Source: Clostridia bacterium (GTDB lineage Bacteria; Bacillota; Clostridia; TANB77; CAG-508). Taken from it: a stretch of DNA of 30,208 bases. Of this stretch, positions 10,940-20,374 are shown piece by piece; the first letter of the stretch is position 1, and the number at the start of each line of letters is the position of its first letter. Made by a program: the position numbers and the translations under genes. The notes under the pieces are model-generated. The model was not told where the DNA came from and searched no databases. It worked only from the letters and a program-made list of their open reading frames with translations. Location of the stretch: the NCBI GenBank assembly GCA_022797215.1, contig JAAWKD010000027.1:1-30208 (forward strand). The letters are read 5' to 3'.

Positions 10940-11637
10940 AGCCAGATAGAGAATTAAAAGAATTAGTAACATCACAAGAACAAAAGAATTTTTTAGATAC
11001 TAGCTTAGGAAAAGTTGTAAATACAGCAGTGGATTTAGGGCTACGATGGGTCCTACCAGACTTTGTAGAAAGTCAAGTAATTGATGTCAAAAATAGTCTA
11101 ATTAGGGGAGGATTAAAAGAAGGAATCGACAAAGCAATAGATAGCGCTATTGAGTTGGGTAAAAGTATAACAGGAATTTTTACAGGGAAATTTGAAAATG
11201 TTTCTCAAGCACAAAATGCAATCAAGAATGGAGGAATTATTGATGGAATTTCAAATGCACTAGACTCTGCTCTTTCTTTTACATCAAAACAAGGGTGGAT
11301 TCCAAAAGAAGTAACTAGTATTATTAAACAAGGTAAAAATGTAATTTTAGATAACGTGAGTAACAATATAGAAACAGAGTTTGTTAGCCAATTAAATAGT
11401 ATTGAGAAATTAGGAAAATATGAAAATAATTGGAGAAAGTATTATCAATTGCAAAATTTTGAAGGAATGGAAAGAGAATACCAAAAAATAAAGGATAAGC
11501 TAAAAGAAGTATTACCAATAGAACAAACTTTGAAACAAGCACGAGAAATAGAAAATCTACATCTGCTAATTAAAAATAATGGAAAAGAGTTTAACTTAAC
11601 ACAAGAACAATTAGCATTAGCAGGTATACTAACATAG
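10903..11637 (+). CDS. hypothetical soluble protein (244 aa)
   Basis: AAGGAGG RBS 5 nt before ATG 10903. 37-nt overlap with the upstream gene. No TM segment and no motif I recognise. Confidence 0.55.
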   Translation: MEEILGEKNNTLEPDRELKELVTSQEQKNFLDTSLGKVVNTAVDLGLRWVLPDFVESQVIDVKNSLIRGGLKEGIDKAIDSAIELGKSITGIFTGKFENVSQAQNAIKNGGIIDGISNALDSALSFTSKQGWIPKEVTSIIKQGKNVILDNVSNNIETEFVSQLNSIEKLGKYENNWRKYYQLQNFEGMEREYQKIKDKLKEVLPIEQTLKQAREIENLHLLIKNNGKEFNLTQEQLALAGILT

Positions 11638-11697
11638 TAAGGTAAGTCTTTATTAATGTGTATTTAAATTATTATAATTTAAATAGATTTCAATTCT

Positions 11698-11724
11698 AAA
11701 TGAAAGATTCTATTTCATTTTTTT
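11698..11724 (+). terminator. rho-independent terminator
   Basis: AAATGAAA (11698-11705) pairs with TTTCATTT (11713-11720), followed by TTTT. Confidence 0.6.
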
Positions 11725-11869
11725 AATACTTATCAGTCCTATTTTTTTATGTTTTCGTAAATAATCTCATTAATGTAGAACATAAAAAACAGCTAAAATA
11801 AATTTTAAATTCAAAATAAAAAAGTAGGGAAAATACTTGATTTTTCTTGCTTTTTTTCTTGTTTTTTGC

Positions 11870-11898
11870 TTGCATATTTTTGACTGTTTTAGTATAAT
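11870..11898 (+). promoter_or_regulatory. candidate gyrA promoter
   Basis: TTGCAT 11870-11875, 17-nt spacer, TATAAT 11893-11898, about 48 nt upstream of the gyrA ATG. Confidence 0.5.
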
Positions 11899-11945
11899 AC
11901 AAATGGAATAAAAATAGGAATTTCCTAAAAGAAAGGACAAGAACA

Positions 11946-14411
11946 ATGGACGAAAATAACGAAAAAAGAAACGACGGAAAAATTATAGAGCGTGACATTG
12001 AAAAAGAAATGCGCACAGCCTATATTGATTATGCTATGAGCGTTATTGTGGCAAGAGCGCTTCCAGATGTAAGAGATGGTTTAAAACCTGTACATAGAAG
12101 AATTTTATATGCTATGTATGAAGACGGAATTACTTCTGACAAGCCATATAGAAAATGTGCTAATACAGTAGGTTCTGTTTTAGGTAGATACCATCCACAT
12201 GGTGATGCCTCTGTATATGATGCTATGGTTAGATTAGCTCAAGATTTTACACAAAGGTATCCTTTAATTGATGGACACGGTAACTTTGGTTCCATCGACG
12301 GTGACCCAGCAGCAGCTATGAGGTACACAGAAGCAAGAATGGCAAAAATTGCAGAAACTATGCTTACTGATATAGAAAAAAATACCGTAGATTTTATGCC
12401 AAACTACGATGACCGTTTACAGGAGCCAACGGTACTTCCATCTAAAATACCTACATTATTAATTAATGGTTCATCAGGAATTGCAGTAGGAATGGCAACT
12501 AACATTCCACCACATAACTTAACAGAGATTATTAATGGAATCATTAAAATCATCGATGAAGATGATGTAACAGATGAACAATTAATGGAAGTAGTAAAAG
12601 GACCTGACTTTCCAACAGAAGGTATTATTTTAGGTATAGAAGGTATTAAACAAGCATATACAACAGGAAGAGGAAAAATTACTGTTCGTGGTGAATGTGA
12701 AATTGAAGAAATGAGCAATAACAAACAAAGAATTATTGTAAATTCTCTTCCATATCAAGTAAACAAGGCGAAATTGATAGAAAATATGGCTAACTTAGTA
12801 AAAGAGAAACGCATAGAAGGTATTTCTGAAATTAGAGATGAATCAGATAGAGAATCAAGAGTAAGAATTGTGATTGAATTAAAAAGAGATGCCAATGCAC
12901 AAGTTATCCTAAATCAATTATATAAGCATACCCAATTACAAGATACGTTTGGAATCATTACCCTTGCATTAGTAAATGGGGAACCAAAAATCTTAACACT
13001 AAGACAGTGTCTAGATTACTATATTGATCATAGAAAAACTGTTATTCTTCGTAGAACACAGTTTGAACTAGATAAAGCATTAGCGAGAGCTCACATTTTA
13101 GAGGGATTAAAAATTGCATTAGATAACATTGATGAAGTAATTGAAATTATTCGTAATTCTTACGATGATGCAAAAGAAAGATTAATGGAAAGATTTAAGC
13201 TTTCAGAAATTCAAGCGCAATCTATTCTAGATATGAGATTAAAGACATTATCAGGATTGCAAAGAGAAAAAATTGATGAAGAGTACAACGAATTAATGAA
13301 ATTAATTGCACATTTAAGAGAAATTTTATCTAGTGAAAAACTACTTTTTGATGTTATTAAAGAAGAACTATTAGAAATCAAGCAAAAATATGGAAATGAA
13401 AGATTAACTAAAATTGTTGCAGCAGAAGGCGAAATTGATATTGAAGATTTAGTAAAGGAAGAGCAAACTGTTATTACGCTAACACATTTTGGATATGTAA
13501 AAAGAATGCCAGTAGATACATACAAGAGCCAGAATCGTGGAGGAAAAGGAATTACAGGCTTAGCAACAAGAGAAAATGACTTTGTAAAACAAATCTTTAC
13601 TGCATCTACTCATGATACACTATTATTCTTTAGCAACAAAGGAAAACTATATCGTTTAAGAGGATATGAAATTCCAGAAGCAGGAAGAACTGCAAAAGGT
13701 ACTGCAATTGTTAATTTATTGAGATTAGATCCAGGCGAGAAGATTTCAGCAGTTATTCCAATTTCTAATTTTGCAGATGGAAAATATTTATTAATGGGAA
13801 CTAAACAAGGATTTATTAAAAAGACTCCATTAAATGAATATGATTCAAGTAGGAAAACAGGACTTTTATCTATTACTTTAAGAGAAGATGATGAACTAAT
13901 TGACGTTCGTTTAACAGATGGACAAGATAATGTTGTATTAGTTACAAGCCAAGGAATTTGTATTACTTTTAGCGAAAAAGATGTAAGGCCAATGGGAAGA
14001 ACTGCTCAAGGTGTTATAGGAATACGTTTAAATGATGATGATTTTGTCATTGGAATGGAGTCTATTATTGAAGGAAATACAAATGCAACATTATTGGCTA
14101 TTACTGAAAATGGATTCGGCAAAAGGACAGAATTAGAGGAATATAGAGTACAAACTAGAGGTGGAAAAGGTGTAATGACATATAAAATTACACCAAAAAC
14201 AGGTAATATAGTTGGTATTCGTGTAGCAACAGATAATGAGGATGTTATGCTAATTACAGAAAATGGAACCATTATTAGACTTCGTGTAAAAGATATTAGC
14301 ATTTTAGGAAGAGCAACACAAGGAGTTACTTTAATGAGAACAAACGAAGGAAGAGTAGTTAGTATTGAAACGATTAATCCTGAAGATGACGAACCAATAG
14401 AACAAGAGTAG
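11946..14411 (+). CDS. gyrA: DNA gyrase subunit A
   Basis: 821 aa. YAMSVIVARALPDVRDGLKPVHRRILYAM, RYHPHGDASVYDAMVRLAQDF, active-site AAAMRYTEARM, C-terminal beta-pinwheel repeats. Confidence 0.97.
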   Translation: MDENNEKRNDGKIIERDIEKEMRTAYIDYAMSVIVARALPDVRDGLKPVHRRILYAMYEDGITSDKPYRKCANTVGSVLGRYHPHGDASVYDAMVRLAQDFTQRYPLIDGHGNFGSIDGDPAAAMRYTEARMAKIAETMLTDIEKNTVDFMPNYDDRLQEPTVLPSKIPTLLINGSSGIAVGMATNIPPHNLTEIINGIIKIIDEDDVTDEQLMEVVKGPDFPTEGIILGIEGIKQAYTTGRGKITVRGECEIEEMSNNKQRIIVNSLPYQVNKAKLIENMANLVKEKRIEGISEIRDESDRESRVRIVIELKRDANAQVILNQLYKHTQLQDTFGIITLALVNGEPKILTLRQCLDYYIDHRKTVILRRTQFELDKALARAHILEGLKIALDNIDEVIEIIRNSYDDAKERLMERFKLSEIQAQSILDMRLKTLSGLQREKIDEEYNELMKLIAHLREILSSEKLLFDVIKEELLEIKQKYGNERLTKIVAAEGEIDIEDLVKEEQTVITLTHFGYVKRMPVDTYKSQNRGGKGITGLATRENDFVKQIFTASTHDTLLFFSNKGKLYRLRGYEIPEAGRTAKGTAIVNLLRLDPGEKISAVIPISNFADGKYLLMGTKQGFIKKTPLNEYDSSRKTGLLSITLREDDELIDVRLTDGQDNVVLVTSQGICITFSEKDVRPMGRTAQGVIGIRLNDDDFVIGMESIIEGNTNATLLAITENGFGKRTELEEYRVQTRGGKGVMTYKITPKTGNIVGIRVATDNEDVMLITENGTIIRLRVKDISILGRATQGVTLMRTNEGRVVSIETINPEDDEPIEQE

Positions 14412-14428
14412 AATATGGTTTTAAAATG

Positions 14429-14458
14429 AAAATTCCAGCAAGAAATTGCTGGAATTTT
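14429..14458. terminator. bidirectional terminator between convergent gyrA and the dnaC-like gene
   Basis: Perfect 12-bp stem: AAAATTCCAGCA (14429-14440) pairs with TGCTGGAATTTT (14447-14458). Confidence 0.7.
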
Positions 14459-14474
14459 TATATATTCTAGAGAA

Positions 14475-15467
14475 TTACATAAATCGTATGTCTTCCCCAA
14501 AGAAATAACAAATATTATAATTACCTACTAATCTTGAAACAATTCTTTCATCATAGCTTTCAAATAAAGCCTGTAGACTTAAGTTAGTAGAGATAATTGT
14601 TTTTGTAACTTTTTTTGAATTTAATAATCTAGAATTAATAACATTAAATAATTCTACTAATTTCATTTGATTAGTACCCTCTGTTCCTAAATCATCAATA
14701 ATTAATAAATCTACATTTAATAAATGGTCATAAATATCTTTAGAACTATTTACTTTTCCAAAGCGATAATCAATAATCGTATCTAGCATAACAGATGCAG
14801 TTTGGTACAAAATGGTTTTTCCTTGTTTTAATAATTCATTTGCAATACAGCTAGAAAGAAAGGTTTTTCCTAATCCTGTTTTTCCAGTAAATAATAAATT
14901 CTTTTCTTCTATTTTATCAAATTCTTTTACGAAGGTTTGACAGATATTTAAAATCAGCTTCATATTTTCTTGAGGAGAAATATCGGATTGATATTTCTCT
15001 AAATTGGGCTCTGTAGAATAAAGCTGCATGTTAAAATTCTTAAAGTTTTGTTTTTCTAAAGAATTCATATTAGATTTATTGTATTCTATATCATAGATTT
15101 TTTGCTTTAAACAATTACACATTTGAGTCTTTCCATCTTGGGTAATATAGCCAGTATCTTCGCAATTAGAACATTCATAATGAGGAAGAATAAAAGTAGC
15201 CTTTTCTCCTATAGAATTTAAGAGCTGATCCTTTTGGCTTTTTAGTAATGCCATTTGTTTATGAAATTCTTCTAATAATTGTTTGTCACTATTTAAAGCA
15301 ATTTCTTTCATAGAGGATAAGGCTAGAGAATTTATTTTTTCATCTATATTAGCTAGAACAGGAAATTCTTGATATAGACTTTTCTTATAGTTCTCAGCAA
15401 TTTCTTGAGCATGTCTTCTTTTTTTATCATATTCGATTAATACAGATTTTAAAGTAGTACGATCCAA
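14475..15467 (-). CDS. DnaC/DnaI-like helicase-loader AAA+ ATPase
   Basis: 330 aa. Zn-ribbon-like CSNCEDTGYI...CNC, Walker A FTGKTGLGKTFL, Walker B LLIIDDLG. TTG start 7 nt after GGAGG. Confidence 0.8.
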   Translation of the reverse strand: MDRTTLKSVLIEYDKKRRHAQEIAENYKKSLYQEFPVLANIDEKINSLALSSMKEIALNSDKQLLEEFHKQMALLKSQKDQLLNSIGEKATFILPHYECSNCEDTGYITQDGKTQMCNCLKQKIYDIEYNKSNMNSLEKQNFKNFNMQLYSTEPNLEKYQSDISPQENMKLILNICQTFVKEFDKIEEKNLLFTGKTGLGKTFLSSCIANELLKQGKTILYQTASVMLDTIIDYRFGKVNSSKDIYDHLLNVDLLIIDDLGTEGTNQMKLVELFNVINSRLLNSKKVTKTIISTNLSLQALFESYDERIVSRLVGNYNICYFFGEDIRFM

Positions 15468-15483
15468 AATAACCTCCTAATTA

Positions 15484-16455
15484 TTAATCCACTTTTTTAT
15501 TGGCATATAAGGCATTCAAATTATCATAAGATCTTTGTTCATATTTTTGGAAACTAGTCTTCTTTTCTAATTGTTTAATATCTTTGGTCTTTTGCTTCAT
15601 ATCAGCTAAGAACTTATTAATTTGTTGGGCAGAAGTAAATCCTCTATCATGCCAATCAGATAATAATTTGTCAATATAATCGAAACTAGGGTTTACTTTA
15701 GAAGTAGTTCTTTTTAAAGCAATTTCAATAATATCAAATGAGTAACCAAAATCAACAAACCATTTTTCTAGATATGCATATTCATATTGTGATAACTGTC
15801 TTGATAATCCTAGCTTTCTAGAAACAAGACTAGCTAGTTTTGTTAGCTTTTCTTGCTTTTCATAATATTGGTCAACATCGTTAAAAGTTTGAATATGATT
15901 TTTAGCCCAAGCATCAGCAACTGCTTGCACATAGTTCTTATGAAGAGCAGATTTGTTAAAACAATAATCAAACAAGGCAATCATAACTGCATCCTCAAAT
16001 TTATATTTTTGAAACCAAAGTTCAATATCTGGATACCAAGTAGTTGGCATAAGACCAGAAAAGTAACGATTATTAATGTATTCAATAGTTTGGGCCCTTT
16101 TTTGACTTTCAGCAGATTTTTGAATTTGTTCAGCTGATAAAGCAACATTTGGTTTATATAATTGATGCAATTCCTTTTCCTGTAGATTAGTAATAAGGTA
16201 TCCTGTATTTTTTCTAGTTAGAACGCCTTGCTCTTCCCAATATTTCATACCATCTTGAATAACTTTTAGAGGCAGACCTAATTTTTTGCATAAATCATTT
16301 ACTTTTATATCTTTATCGTATTTAGACAAAAATAAGATATATAAATAAATTTTGATATAATCCCCGTTTGCTTCTGGTAAATATTCTGTAAAAAAAATAT
16401 CTGGTAAAGTAGTAGTAGAAAAAAGGGGTAAGATTTCATTTTGTTCTAGTTTCAT
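15484..16455 (-). CDS. DnaD/DnaB-type replication initiation and primosome protein (two DnaB_2-like repeats)
   Basis: 323 aa. GDYIKIYLYILFL wHTH-like N-terminus, then repeats with WFQKYKF...ALFDYCF and LEKWFVDFGYSFDIIEIALKRT...YIDKLLSDWHDRG. GGAGG RBS. Confidence 0.75.
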   Translation of the reverse strand: MKLEQNEILPLFSTTTLPDIFFTEYLPEANGDYIKIYLYILFLSKYDKDIKVNDLCKKLGLPLKVIQDGMKYWEEQGVLTRKNTGYLITNLQEKELHQLYKPNVALSAEQIQKSAESQKRAQTIEYINNRYFSGLMPTTWYPDIELWFQKYKFEDAVMIALFDYCFNKSALHKNYVQAVADAWAKNHIQTFNDVDQYYEKQEKLTKLASLVSRKLGLSRQLSQYEYAYLEKWFVDFGYSFDIIEIALKRTTSKVNPSFDYIDKLLSDWHDRGFTSAQQINKFLADMKQKTKDIKQLEKKTSFQKYEQRSYDNLNALYANKKVD

Positions 16456-16486
16456 AGGAATTCCTCCAATTAGTATCTTTTGTCAG

Positions 16487-16515
16487 ATTATATCATTTTT
16501 TTATAGTTTTTACAA
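16487..16515 (-). promoter_or_regulatory. candidate promoter of the dnaD-like operon
   Basis: Minus strand reads TTGTAA (16515-16510), 17-nt spacer, TATAAT (16492-16487). Confidence 0.45.
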
Positions 16516-18747
16516 TAAACCAAGAAAGAAAACTAAGAATAAATAAAATAGGAAAAAATAAAATATAATCAATATGAATAAAAACAAAAAATAGAAAAAT
16601 AAAAAATAATAAAAAGAGGAAAAAAATAATACAAAATAATTCAAATTAAAAAGTGACATAAAGACAAAAAACAATATAAAATAAAAAGATAATGAAAAAA
16701 TATAAAGTGGAAAAGATAAAAGTAGGAACATAGAAAAAAAATTATGAAAAAAATAAAATGGAAAAATAGATAAAAATAAAATAAAGTTGAAAAAATAATA
16801 AGGTTAAAATTGCTAAAAAGTGGTTTAGGTAAAAAAATAAAAATATTATTCTAGAAAATAAAAAATAAAAAACAAAATAATAAAGCAAATAAAAAATAGA
16901 ATAAGAAAGGTAGGAGAGAATTAAGAAGAAAGAAAAAAGAAATACAAAAAAGATACCAAGAAGATAAAATAGAAAAAGAGACAAGGAGAAAAAATTAGTA
17001 AGTAAAGTAAGAAAAAATGAAAAGAAAAAGAGAAGAAAACGAGGCAAAAGTGATATAGATAAAATTGTCAAAAAGTAGAGAGTGGAAAGAGGAAAAATAA
17101 AAGTAGAAAGAAGGATAAATAAAGATGGGAAAAGAAAAAAGAGAGATTTCAGGAATACGACGTGAGAAAAATGAGCTTAGTCATTTAAAAGAATAGCTTC
17201 GGAATAAAGGGAAAAGAGAGATTTTATAGCTAAAAGTGGAACAAATAAAATAGTTAACATAAATATATAAACTAAAGCTAAGAGGGAAAGGGAATTGTAA
17301 GACAAAAAGTCTAAAAGAAGAGAAGAGAGATTGGATGGCTGTGAAGAATTACAAAAAGACAATATGAGAGGCGACGCATAGAGAAAAGAGAATAAAAACA
17401 AAAGTTCTCCGAAAAAGTAAGAGTCGGAAGTATAAAAAATTAAAAGAGGTGAAGACTTTTAGAAAAGAAAGTAATGAAATAATAATGTAATATATGGGAC
17501 GAAAAAGAGAAAGAAAAAAGCAAAATTAAAATAGAAAATAAAAATGAAAAGGAGAGAGAAAATTAAAAAGTATAAAGAATAATCAAAAAATAAATAATAA
17601 ATTTAAAAATAGTAATTAATAAATAGAAGAAAATAAAAAATAGTTTTAAATAAAAAGTAGAATAGAAATATTTTGAAAATAAAAAACTAAAGAACGAATG
17701 AAAATAAAATTAATATAATGGAAAATAGAATATAAAAATAAAAATACATACTAGTCTTTTTGACAAAATATAAAAAGACAAAAAATAAGAAATGCAAAAA
17801 TAAAAAGCATGAATAAAAAAGGAAGAAAATGGAAATGCAAAACTGACCCAAAATAAAAATTAAAAAAATATAAAAATAAAATTTTACAATGAATAAAAAA
17901 TAAATCTAAATAATTGAAAATAAAAAGACAATAAAATAATTTATGAAATTAAAAATACAAAATAAGAAAAAGGAAAAAAATGAAAAAGAAATATAATAAA
18001 ATAAAAAGTAAAAAATAGTAAAACAAAATAAAAAATTTAATCTTTTTTATAATAAAGAAAAAATTAAATTGAAACAATGAAAATAAATAATAAAATAAAA
18101 AGTAAAAATAAAAGAAAAATTTATTATTTTTTGAACAGAAAACGAAGAGTAAAAAAGAAATATAAAAAAAGAGGAAAAAAAGCAAATAAAAATTCTAAAT
18201 TATTAATTTAAACTAAATAAAGAAGGAAAAAAGGCAAAGGGAAAACAAAGAAGATGTTGGTAAGCAGACAAAAGAAAATGAACAATAAGAGGGGCAAAGA
18301 ACATAGGAAAAATGGCAAAACAAAAATTGTCAAAAAGGATACTGTGCTGAATGAAGAAAAGGAAGTAAAAAAGAACAGAGAGAAAAAGTAATAAGAGGGT
18401 GAAGGGATAAAAATGAAAGTTTAGGCAGTAAAAGATGGCATAAAGTGTTAAAGGAAATTAGATAAAATACTTCGGAATAAAAGAGAAGGCGGATTCAAAA
18501 CAAGAAAATAGAGAAACGATGAATAGTATACATAATACAAATGAAAGAGGAGGTATGAAGGACGTGGAGTGAAATGCAAAGAGCAAAATAGAAAGCCCAA
18601 GAAGTAAAAACGAAACAATGTATACAAAAAGACAAACATATGACAAGAAAAATTTTTAGAAGAGTACTGTTAGTAAAAAGGAAGATTTTGGTTATTTTAA
18701 AGTAGCAAAATAGGAAAAGAGGAAAGAGAATTCGAAGACGGAAAAAA
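16516..18747 (+). repeat. about 2.2-kb polypurine (+) / polypyrimidine (-) non-coding tract made of two diverged units of about 1.27 kb
   Basis: The + strand is almost only A and G, with A dominant. No + strand ORF >=60 aa is listed. Minus ORFs are F/L/S/Y low complexity. Motifs recur at about 1262-1273 nt spacing. Confidence 0.85.
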
Positions 18748-19035
18748 TTATGATTTTTTATCATAAAAATATAATTTATTACTGCTTATGTATTTTATAA
18801 GATAAATGAAAATATATAAAATATTTTCATGATTAAAACCGACTATACAAAATAATAATATTGGCAAACAAAAAATAATGAAAATAAATATTTTTACAGT
18901 TATATTTTGAAAAAATAAATTAATAAATGCAAAAACAAATAAATCCCAAATTATATTTAATAATAAAGTAGAATAATCGATAATACCCAAAAATTTATTT
19001 TTAAAATTATAATTTTGTGGAAAAATAAATTTCAT
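18748..19035 (-). CDS. small 2-TM protein, VirB3/PrgI-like
   Basis: 95 aa. N-terminal FPQNYNFKNKFLGIIDYSTLLLNIIW followed by two TM helices. GGAGGAG RBS. Position after the VirB6-like gene. Confidence 0.45.
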   Translation of the reverse strand: MKFIFPQNYNFKNKFLGIIDYSTLLLNIIWDLFVFAFINLFFQNITVKIFIFIIFCLPILLFCIVGFNHENILYIFIYLIKYISSNKLYFYDKKS

Positions 19036-19076
19036 ATTTTTCTCCTCCTCAAATAAAATAATTATTTATATGTGTT

Positions 19077-19961
19077 TTATAGATTTTTTAAGAAATTAGT
19101 TCCAAGATTAATATGGTTAGAAACATCAGTTGAAATTCCTCCAATTAAACTTCTCATATAAGAATTTGCACGAATTAAGGCATACATTCCACCAATGCAT
19201 AATAATTTAGAGAGAATATCAGTAGAAGATAAATTAACAGAAAAAAGCAATAATAAGATAAGAGAAATAAGAGACTGTTGCAAAAGTAAAGACAAGAGGG
19301 TTCGAAACCAAGTTTTAAAAAACCAGGAAGTAGACTGATTGACTAAACTTAAAATGGCAAAGGGTGTTAGTAAAATGAATAATTTTACTAACACATATCT
19401 TAAAGAATAAGAGAAAATTAAATTGAATAAGCTAATGGAAATGAATCCTTTTAATAACCCATCAAATGAGAATATATTGAATTTAGCATCTTCTAATGAA
19501 ACAGCTTTATTTAGTTGGGTAATTAATTCTGAAAAAGAAACTTCATGATGAAATAAATTCATACCAAGACTTTGAATAGATTCTGAGATGAGACTATTTA
19601 ATTCTAGAAATTGTCGACAAATAGAAAAAGAGCAATTCATTACAATTCCAAAAATTAATAGCTTAAATATAAATTGATAAGGTCTTTCAATTTGTAAATT
19701 CATATAATAAGAGTAAAGAAGACGAATTGCATAATATAAAGAAAATCCAATTAATAAAGAGTTAGCAATTACCAATAAGCCATTTGAGGTATTTGTCCCA
19801 AAGATTTTCTCAAAGATAGAGCTACTTAAAATATCATTATCAATAAAGACTAAGTCGTCTAGTACTTTATAGATATTATTATCAATAGAAGAAAATAAAG
19901 TTTGAAAGATAGAATTAATGGTTTGAATAATAGAGTTTGTTAAAGAAGATGTTTCCTCCAT
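19077..19961 (-). CDS. polytopic membrane protein, VirB6/TrbL-like
   Basis: 294 aa with about 6 hydrophobic segments. GGAGG RBS. Lies within the T4SS-like operon. Assigned from topology and context only. Confidence 0.4.
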   Translation of the reverse strand: MEETSSLTNSIIQTINSIFQTLFSSIDNNIYKVLDDLVFIDNDILSSSIFEKIFGTNTSNGLLVIANSLLIGFSLYYAIRLLYSYYMNLQIERPYQFIFKLLIFGIVMNCSFSICRQFLELNSLISESIQSLGMNLFHHEVSFSELITQLNKAVSLEDAKFNIFSFDGLLKGFISISLFNLIFSYSLRYVLVKLFILLTPFAILSLVNQSTSWFFKTWFRTLLSLLLQQSLISLILLLLFSVNLSSTDILSKLLCIGGMYALIRANSYMRSLIGGISTDVSNHINLGTNFLKNL

Positions 19962-19973
19962 ATAGATGACCTC

Positions 19974-20336
19974 CTAAGTTAATAAGCTTTTAATCGCAGA
20001 CAGAGTTAAATTAAGAACTAATATAAAACCATAGGAAAATAGACTTCCGCGAATGATCTTTTTGGCAGTTCGAATTCTTTCTTCATCTCCAAAACTAAAC
20101 TTTTTCATAAAAACGCCAACTGCTACAGCAACTGCGGCGGCAGGAGTTGCTAGTTTTAATAACCAGTCTTCTATTTTTTCAAAGGCAGAGTTTAATTTAT
20201 CAACAAGTGCCGGAGTGCCATCAAACAAGCCCGCTTGAACACTAGATGGGGTATTACAAACAAATAGAAAAATTAATAAAAAGAGAAAGAAATATTTTGA
20301 AAAAGAATGATTCTTTTTGATTTTAGAAAAAAACAT
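19974..20336 (-). CDS. secreted/2-TM small protein, VirB2/TrbC pilin-like topology
   Basis: 120 aa. Signal peptide ending SSVQA, then PAAAVAVAVGVFM and SLFSYGFILVLNLTL hydrophobic segments. GGAGG RBS. Confidence 0.4.
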   Translation of the reverse strand: MFFSKIKKNHSFSKYFFLFLLIFLFVCNTPSSVQAGLFDGTPALVDKLNSAFEKIEDWLLKLATPAAAVAVAVGVFMKKFSFGDEERIRTAKKIIRGSLFSYGFILVLNLTLSAIKSLLT

Positions 20337-20374
20337 AGAAAAGGACCTCCTTGAAAATAAAATTTAAAACAGAG

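Noticed and set aside
16510-18764. Eight minus-strand ORFs (62-109 aa) covering the polypurine tract
   Set aside because: They translate to F/L/S/Y low-complexity strings, and three overlap each other in different frames. The pyrimidine-rich strand has few stop codons by composition and almost no purine SD. Motifs shared by the two tract units fall in different frames. ORF 18495-18764 (ATG overlapping the VirB3-like stop) and ORF 17177-17401 (TTG 5 nt after a GGAG) are the least implausible, but nothing else supports them.
20053-20238. 61-aa + strand ORF opposite the VirB2-like gene, and ORF 21776-22006 overlapping the T4CP N-terminal piece
   Set aside because: Both are shadow ORFs inside better-supported minus-strand genes, with no RBS.
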